Positions 55,461 through 64,000 of a stretch of DNA of 64,000 bases are shown piece after piece. The stretch's first letter is position 1; every line of letters begins with the position of its first letter. A program made the translations under genes and the position numbers. This DNA comes from Eledone cirrhosa (taxonomy: Eukaryota), in assembly GCA_964016885.1 (NCBI GenBank), contig OZ024766.1:15748001-15812000 (forward strand), written 5' to 3'. Below the pieces are notes generated by a model. That model saw only the letters and a program-made list of their open reading frames with translations. It searched no databases and was not told where the DNA came from.

Positions 55461-56822
55461 ATGGAAAATAAATTGAGGGAAAAGAAGATTAAATGTGAAA
55501 CAATGTCTAAAGATATGGCTATTACAGAAGAGATGTCAAAGGATAGAGGAGAGAAGCCATATCACTGTGATATTTGTGGTAAATCATTCTCTGAAAGTGG
55601 TAACTTAACTAGACACAAACGTATACATACAGAAGAGAAACCATATCACTGTGATATCTGTGGTAAATCATTCTTTGTTAATGGTAATTTAACAAGCCAC
55701 AAACGTACACATACAGGAGAGAAGCCATATCACTGTGATATCTGTGGTAAATCATTCTCTCGAAGTAGTAATTTAACTAGCCACATGCGTATACATACAG
55801 GTGAGAAGCCATATCACTGTGATATCTGTGGTAAATCATTCTTTGTTAATAGTAAATTAACTAGACACAAACGTACACATACAGGAGACAAGCCATATCA
55901 CTGTGATATCTGTGGTAAATCATTCTCTCTAAGTAGTATATTAACTTGTCACATCCGTACCCATACAGGTGACAAGCAATATCACTGTGATATCTGTGGT
56001 AAATCATTCTCTGAAAGTGGTAACTTAACTAGACACAAGCGTATCCATACAGGAGAGAAGCCATATCACTGTGATATCTGTGGTAAATCATTCTCTTTTA
56101 GTAGTAATATAAATTCTCACATACGTACTCATACAGGAGAGAAGCCATATCACTGTGATATCTGTGGTAAATCATTCTTTAATAATATTAGTTTAACTAG
56201 ACACGAACGTACCCATTCAGGAGAGAAGCCATATCACTGTGATATCTGTGGTAAATCATTCTTTGTTAATAGTAATTTAACTAGACACAAAAGTATACAT
56301 ACAGGAGAGAAGCCATATTACTGTGATATCTGTGGTAAATCATTCTCTGAAAGTGGTACCTTAACTAGCCACAAACGTATACATACAGGAGACAAGCCAT
56401 ATCACTGTGATATCTGTGGTAAATCATTCTCTCGAAGAAGTTACTTAACTGAGCACTTACGTATCCATACAGGTGAGAAGCCATATCACTGTGATATCTG
56501 TAGTAAATCATTCTCTGATAGTGGTACCTTAACTAGCCACATACGTATACATACAGGAGAGAAGCCATATCACTGTGATATCTGTAGTAAATCATTCTCT
56601 GAAAGTGGTACCTTAACTAGACACAAACGTATCCATACAGGAGAGAAGCCACATCACTGTGATATCTGTGGTAAATCATTCTCTGAAAGTGGTACCTTAA
56701 CTAGACACAAACGTATCCATACAGGAGAGAAGCCATACCACTGTGATATCTGTGGTATATCATTCTCTCAATTAAGTAGTTTAACTAAACACAAATATAC
56801 CCATACAGGTAAGAAACCATAA
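55461..56822 (+). CDS. C2H2 zinc-finger protein 4, 453 aa, 15 tandem fingers
   Basis: Intact ORF; same leader and terminal finger as genes 1 and 2. Confidence 0.94.
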   Translation: MENKLREKKIKCETMSKDMAITEEMSKDRGEKPYHCDICGKSFSESGNLTRHKRIHTEEKPYHCDICGKSFFVNGNLTSHKRTHTGEKPYHCDICGKSFSRSSNLTSHMRIHTGEKPYHCDICGKSFFVNSKLTRHKRTHTGDKPYHCDICGKSFSLSSILTCHIRTHTGDKQYHCDICGKSFSESGNLTRHKRIHTGEKPYHCDICGKSFSFSSNINSHIRTHTGEKPYHCDICGKSFFNNISLTRHERTHSGEKPYHCDICGKSFFVNSNLTRHKSIHTGEKPYYCDICGKSFSESGTLTSHKRIHTGDKPYHCDICGKSFSRRSYLTEHLRIHTGEKPYHCDICSKSFSDSGTLTSHIRIHTGEKPYHCDICSKSFSESGTLTRHKRIHTGEKPHHCDICGKSFSESGTLTRHKRIHTGEKPYHCDICGISFSQLSSLTKHKYTHTGKKP

Positions 56823-59800
56823 CAGAGTCATATCTCATTGTCTCAAAATTGTAAATTAATTAGACACAAATACATTCATATGAGTGAGAAGCCATACCAC
56901 TGTGGTATTGTGGAGAAATAATTCTCTTGTATTGCTACATTAACTACATACAAACATAAATATATACTGGAGAAAAGCCATATTACTGTGATATCTGTGG
57001 AAATTGTTATCTATAAAAGCTAGCTTAACTAGACACAAACATATATATACAGGAGAGAAACTATATCACTGTGATATCTGTGGGAAATCATTCTCTGAAA
57101 TAAGTCACTTCACTCAGCACTAACATTTACAGAAAAGGAACCATATCATTGTGATATCTGCAGTAAATCATTCTCTAAATGTGGCTTCACTAGACACTAA
57201 CATATACAGGAGAGGAACTATATCACTGTGATGTCTGTGGTAAATCCTTCTCTAAATGTTGAGAATTCCCTACACACTAACATATACAGGAGAGGAACCA
57301 TATCACTGTGTTGTCTATGGTAAATCATTTTCTAAATGTTGTGGTACCAACATAAGGTTACTTAATGTAACAGAAACACAATCAGACAAGATAAAAACCA
57401 TATCACTCACCCAAAATAGTGCCACCAATGTTGTTAATGTTTTGAATAAAACTTGTTTGTTCTGAAATTATTCTCCTCTCATTTTATTAGTAGAAGTTGT
57501 AACCAAGACTTATGCTGACAAATCTGTATGGTACAGAATTTACAAACACTATATATATATATATGTGCCAAAACATCTATGATCTCGGTTTACAGCTGAT
57601 GAAGGGTTTATTTTCTCCTTTCATCCATATTACCATCTCAAACTTTGTTTACAGTAACCACACAGCTCCTTTCGTTTCTTAGAATTTTATATATATATAT
57701 ATAACAAAGGAGGTGTGGTAAAGAACCAGATGGACCATATACACACCAGAGTACTCAATACTTACGGTAGTAGAGCGGGTAATAGGAAAATGTTTAACCC
57801 CGACGGCAGAGCTCAAACCGTTTCGACGGCTATTTCTGGAAACAGTCCAGACATAACCGTCGAAATGGCTTGAGCTCTGCCGTCAGGGTTAAAGGTTTTC
57901 CTATATATATATATGTAAGAGTGTATATTTCAGTGTGTAGAAATTTCTGTCCATGAAAATGATTATCTTTATTTGTGTATATGTGTATATGTAGTTGTAT
58001 GTTTATATGTGTTCTTATATACATGTGTGCACATCTTGAAATATTTTCAGTGTCTGTTCTAGTTCTCAGAGTACAAATCCCACTGAGGTAAAGTTGCTTC
58101 GATATTTTGAGGTCAATAAATGAAATACCAGTGAAATACTGGGGTGGTTAATTCCTCTTCTTTGTCATTGTCTGTTGTCTACTCTTGTCTTTCTCTGTAT
58201 TTATATATATATATCCAAAATTAAGATAAATTAAAATAAAATTAATGTAAATCAAATTATGGGTGTCATGCCAGAAAGACAGGCGCCATATCACTCGTAA
58301 AATAAGCTCCATGGAGCTTATTTTATGGGTGATATGGTGCATGTCTTTCTGGCATGACACCCATAATTTGATATAGAATAATTTTATTTTAATTTATCTT
58401 AATTTTGGATACATATATATATATAAGTACGGTCCCTTAATTGTAGAGCTAACTCTGTTGAAAGGACCTGACTGCTGTTTCTAGTTGTCAATAACTCTAT
58501 TCACGCCACTGGGACAAAGCTGGTATGATGTGTGTATTTTTAGTAGATACAGCACGTGTTACTGGTCAGTCGCTGATTTGAACTTGATGCGTAAACACAG
58601 ATGGTTGGACTTCTTCCTGGTTGAGAATCCAAGATCTGGCTACTGTCGTTTACCAATCGATTAATTGGTGAAATATATTTCTTTAATGGAATATATACAA
58701 GGAAGATTTATCATTTTCTAAGGTATCTATTTTTGAAGTTCTAGTTAAACTTTATTTAGTTACCTACCTAGCAATGTGTGCTTACACACTTTTACAAATT
58801 ATCCCCTGTGATTGTTTCATATGTTTATTTATATTTCAATCAATTTCTAGTTGATATATATATATATATATATCAGTTCAATTCTCAGACCGGGTGATGT
58901 GTTGTTTCCTTGAGCAAGACACTTTATTTCACATTGCTCCAGTTTACTCAGCTGTAGAAATGAAATGATAGGGACTGGGGTCCCTATCATTCCACTTTAA
59001 AGTGGTAGTGGAGGTGCCACGGCAAAAAAGCACCCAGCACTCACTGTAAATGAGGTTGGTGTTAGGAAGGGCATCCAGCTGTAGTATTCAAGCCAGAATC
59101 AGTTCCCGTCTCACCCTTGCAAGCAGGGAAAAATGGACGTAAAATGAAATGATGATGATATATATATATATATACACGTGGAAAAGTAAAATATAGCAGA
59201 ACAGACCGTTAAAAGATGTTTATTTAAAATAGCAACTATGTACATTTCACCTGGATGGGCTTCTCAAGGGTATAAATAACTAAAAAGTGTTCCTTACATG
59301 GCCCAGAATGTGTTTTTAGAGATAAGTTCACGTCAGAGTTCATTCTACGCGAAAAAGCGTGTTTTGATTTTGCAGTAGGTCAAGGGAGGTAACTCTAGCT
59401 GGTGTGAGGGCAGTCTTTCCCGGAAAATTTTTTTATCTGTTAAAAGATATGGTTACAACCCTACCATTGTCGATACGCACAGGGTCAGGTATGCAACGTT
59501 TGTTTGCTGCACCTGCCCGCCTGGGTCACTTGAAGCCATGTCTGGGATACATGGTTAGTTTCATGATTTTTTTTGCAGCACCTGCTATATATATATATAT
59601 GAGCGAGACACGGTCACCCGACCTAACTTGCTTCTACATACGACAAACCCGTCCAACCCATGCTAGCATGGAAGATAGATAATAATCGATGATGATGATA
59701 TCTAGGGATTGTAACATTACCACAACAGAAGTCTGACAAGCTTTTGATTCCAGAGTCAGGCTAGATCAATACAGATCAAACCTTGAGCTGATCGATAGCA

Positions 59801-60120
59801 AAACGTGCTTCACTGCTCAATAAATGTAATGAAGACATGACAAATTGTCCTCTCGCACCCTCTCTCTATATATAGAGAAAAGGTGAAGTTAGAAATAGCA
59901 CGGAAAATATATTTTAGGGCCTGTTTTATGTTATATATCTTTTGATTCGTTAAAGTGACCCTATTGAAAAAATGGGAGAGACATCATCATTCATCATCAT
60001 TTCATTTAACGTCCACATTTTCCCTGCTTGCAAGGGTGGTACGGGAACTGATTGTGGCTTGATTTCTAAAGATGGATGCCCTTCCTAACGCCAACCTCAT
60101 TTACAGTGAGTGCTGGGTGC

Positions 60121-63100
60121 TGTCATGTTGAATGTTTTTCATGTTGTGGTAGGCATATTTCTGGCCATCCACCAGTCAAGGTTTATTTTCATCCACAAAC
60201 TTACGCAACACTTCAATATCATGGTTTGTCTCCTGAAAAAGTGATTGTATTAACTCAATTTCTTCTGGCTCTGGCATCCTACATTGCTATTCATTGTTGG
60301 AATTCAATGGGACAGGTTGCAAAGAGGTTGATTGTAAATCTTGGAGGTAGATTCCACATAAATATTGCTATAACGTCTTTGGGCTAGGTGTAGATAGTCG
60401 TCTGACATATTGTATTTGTGCTCCTGCCAGGGTAGATGAGATTTATTCCACATGCTGTGAGTATAGTAGCAAACAACTGTCTTATTTAACTGGCTACTCC
60501 AGTGACTGCTCCTTCTAGTCTCTCCTTCCAATATCACTTGTCATACAGGTGTCCATGGCTGTCTTATTTAACTGGCTACTCCAGTGACTGCTCCTTCTAG
60601 TCTCTTCTTCCAATGTCAGTTGTCATACAGGTGTCCATGGCTGTCTTATTTAACTGGTTACTCCAGTGACTGCTCCCTCTAGTCCCTTCTTCCAATGTCA
60701 GTTGTCATACAGGAGTCCATGGCTGTCTTATATAACTGGCTACTCCAGTGACTGCTCCCTCTAGTCCCTTCTTCCAATGTCAGTTGTCATACAGGAGTCC
60801 ATGGCTGTCTTATTTAACTGGCTACTCCAGTGACTGCTCCTTCTAATCTCTTCTTCCAATGTCAGTTGTCATACAGGAGTCCATGGCTGTCTTATTTAAC
60901 TGGCTACTCCAGTGACTGCTCCTTCTAGTCCCTTCTTCCAATGTCAGTTGTCATACAGGTGTCCATGGCTGTCTTGTTTAACTGGCTACTCCAGTGACTG
61001 CTCCTTCTAGTCCCTTCTTCCAATGTCAGTTGTCATACAGGTGTCCATGGCTGTCTTGTTTAACTGGCTACTCCAGTGACTGCTCCTTCTAGTCTCTTCT
61101 TCCAATGTCAGTTGTCATACAGGTGTCCATGGCTGTCTTATTTAACTGGCTACTCCAGTGTCTGCTCCTTCTAGTCCCTTCTTCCAATGTCAGTTGTCAT
61201 ACAGGTGTCCATGGCTGTCTTATTTAACTGGCTACTCCAGTGACTGCTCCTTCTAGTCCCTTCTTCCAATGTCAGTTGTCATACAGGTGTCCATGGCTGT
61301 CTTGTTTAACTGGCTACTCCAGTGACTGCTCCTTCTAGTCTCTTCTTCCAATGTCAGTTGTCATACAGGTGTCCATGGCTGTCTTATTTAACTGGCTACT
61401 CCAGTGTCTGCTCCTTCTAGTCCCTTCTTCCAATGTCAGTTGTCATACAGGTGTCCATGGCTGTCTTATTTAACTGGCTACTCCAGTGACTGCTCCTTCT
61501 AGTCCCTTCTTCCAATGTCAGTTGTCATACAGGTGTCCATGGCTGTCTTGTTTAACTGGCTACTCCAGTGACTGCTCCTTCTAGTCTCTTCTTCCAATGT
61601 CAGTTGTCATACAGGTGTCCATGGCTGTCTTATTTAACTGGCTACTCCAGTGTCTGCTCCTTCTAGTCCCTTCTTCCAATGTCAGTTGTCATACAGGTGT
61701 CCATGGCTGTCTTATTTAACTGGCTACTCCAGTGACTGCTCCTTCTAGTCTCTTCTTCCAATGTCAATTGTCATACAGGAGTCCATGACTGTTTTATTTA
61801 ACTGGCTACTCCAGTGACTGCTCCTTCTAGTCTCTTCCAATGTCAGTTGTCATACAGGTGTCCATGGCTGTCTTGTTTAACTGGCTACTCCAGTGACTGC
61901 TCCTTCTAGTCTCTTCTTCCAATGTCAGTTGTCATACAGGTGTCCATGGCTGTCTTATTTAACTGGCTACTCCAGTGACTGCTCCTTCTAGTCTCTTCTT
62001 CCAATGTCAGTTGTCATACAGGTGTCCATGGCTGTCTTATTTAACTGGCTACTCCAATGACTGCTCCTTCTAGTCTCTTCTTCCAATGTCAATTGTCATA
62101 CAGGTGTCCATGGCCATCTTATTTAACTGGCTACTACAGTGACTACTCCTTCTAGACCCTTCTTCCAATGTCAGTTGTCATACAGGATTCCATGGCTGTC
62201 TTATTTAACTGGCTACTCCAGTGACTGCTCCTTCTCGTCTCTTCTTCCAATGTCAGTTGTCATACGGGTGTCCATGGCTGTCTTATTTAACTGGCTACTC
62301 CAGTGACTGCTCCTTCTAGTCTCTTCTTCCAATGTCAGTTGTCATACAGGTGTCCATGGCTGTCTTATTTAACTGGCTACTCCAATGACTGCTCCTTCTA
62401 GTCTCTTCTTCCAATGTCAATTGTCATACAGGTGTCCATGGCCATCTTATTTCACTGGCTACTACAGTGACTACTCCTTCTAGACCCTTCTTCCAATGTC
62501 AGTTGTCATACAGGATTCCATGGCTGTCTTATTTAACTGGCTACTCCAGTGACTGCTCCTTCTCGTCTCTTCTTCCAATGTCAGTTGTCATACGGGTGTC
62601 CATGGCTGTCTTATTTAACTGGCTACTACAGTGACTGCTCCTTCTAGTCCCTTCTTCCAATGTCAGTTGTCATACAGGAGTCCATGGCTGTCTTATTTAA
62701 CTGGCTACTCCAGTGACTGCCCCTTCTTGTCTCTTCTTCCAATGTCAATTGCCATGCAGGAGTTGATGTTCTTTAAATGCTTCTTGATATGTGCTGCACT
62801 CTTCCTCCAAATCACCTGAGATCCTCAAATGACGTTGGTCCTTGAACAATAAGCAGAAGTGGCTGTAAATAAAAACTCTCTCTGTTGTTGGGGTGGTCAT
62901 TGTAAACATGCCCAATAGCATCACTTGCCTTGACTTCATCACCTTCCACTAAATGACCCTGCTTCCTTTGATTCCAAGTCTTACAATTGGTCCAGGTGTA
63001 GTATTTTGGGATGTCAGCATATAGGAGGGATCGAAGAAATTCTTTATTCTGGCAGTGTTTCAAAAAAGCAGTTAGAGTAGTGTCAGGTGGTGCTGGTGTC

Positions 63101-63168
63101 AACTGATGAGAAGTGGTTTCAGTGAAGTACACACTCTGTCCATTTTCTATATGTATAGAGATAAGGAT
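60121..63168 (-). mobile_element. Helitron RepHel fragment split by satellite
   Basis: ORFs 60304-60537 and 62812-63177 homologous to cassette 1. Confidence 0.85.
60477..62762. repeat. 82-bp satellite array 6 (~28 copies)
   Basis: 82-bp period. Confidence 0.96.
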
Positions 63169-64000
63169 GAAAAGCAAAGTTAATCTCTCAGAGGTTAGCT
63201 TTGCCTTTCATCCCTACGGGGTCGATAAAATAAAGTACCAGTAATACACTGGGGTAATTGCTGGCCTTGTGCCTAAAGTAGAAACAATTTTTACGGGGTC
63301 GATAAAATAAAGTACCAGTAATACACTGGAGTAATTGCTGGCCTTGTGGCTGAAGTAGAAACAGTTATTATGGGGTTGATAAAATAAAGTACCAGTAATT
63401 CACTGGGGTTATTTGCTGGCCTTGTGCCTAAAGTAGAAACAGTTATTACGGGGTTGACAAAATAAACTACCAGTAATACACTGATTTATTTACTGGCCTT
63501 GTGCCCAAAGTAGAAACAGTTATTACCTGGCTGATAAAATATAGTACCAGTAATTACTGGCCTTGTGTTAAAAGTAGAAACAATTATCACATTTCTTTTT
63601 AATATATCACATCACTATAGAATTAAATACGACTGGAAATGTGTGAAGGTATTAAATTATGTCAGGGACTTTTAACGTTTGACACCGGTACGAGAGTTGA
63701 TACATTCGCTAAGACACCGAATACCTGCTGTCTTCGTTATAACTTTAATTAATCTAATTATATCTTGTGTAACAATTATATATATATATACACACACACA
63801 ATTTTAATTCCCCGACATCAGTCTTACACTGTCATATCTATTCTTACTTTACAATTGTGTCTACTAAGAGTTCCATTACAATCTGTAGTAGTAAAACTAC
63901 TATTTCACCAGAACATCTGCGCTCAGTCATTTATAGACAATATATATATTTTAGACCACATATCAACCTAATATATATATATTTCCTATCAAATCTGTAG

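Overview
AT-rich eukaryotic DNA, most likely a coleoid cephalopod (octopus), inferred from the [17 protein letters not shown] finger scaffold and the SINE/RTE repertoire. No prokaryotic features are present. Positions 1-8.6 kb are nested retroelement debris: RTE LINE 3' ends, a tRNA-headed SINE and a Gypsy-like LTR-PBS-gag relic whose primer-binding site has expanded into a 4.5-kb 22-bp minisatellite. From ~9 kb to the end lies a head-to-tail array of a composite cassette. Each cassette holds a decayed Helitron Rep/helicase fragment, within which an 82-bp piece of coding sequence is amplified into a satellite of ~7-124 copies. This is followed by a candidate promoter and non-coding exon, an intron with SINE/RTE relics and a 115-bp VNTR, a poly-C2H2 zinc-finger gene with a single coding exon, decayed fingers in the 3' UTR and two fold-back palindromes. 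Four ZNF ORFs (12, 19, 13 and 15 fingers) are present, one cassette has lost its gene by deletion, and a sixth runs off the right edge. The non-coding flanks are highly similar between cassettes, while the finger arrays differ in number, order and recognition-helix residues. All family assignments are from motif recognition by eye, not database searches.
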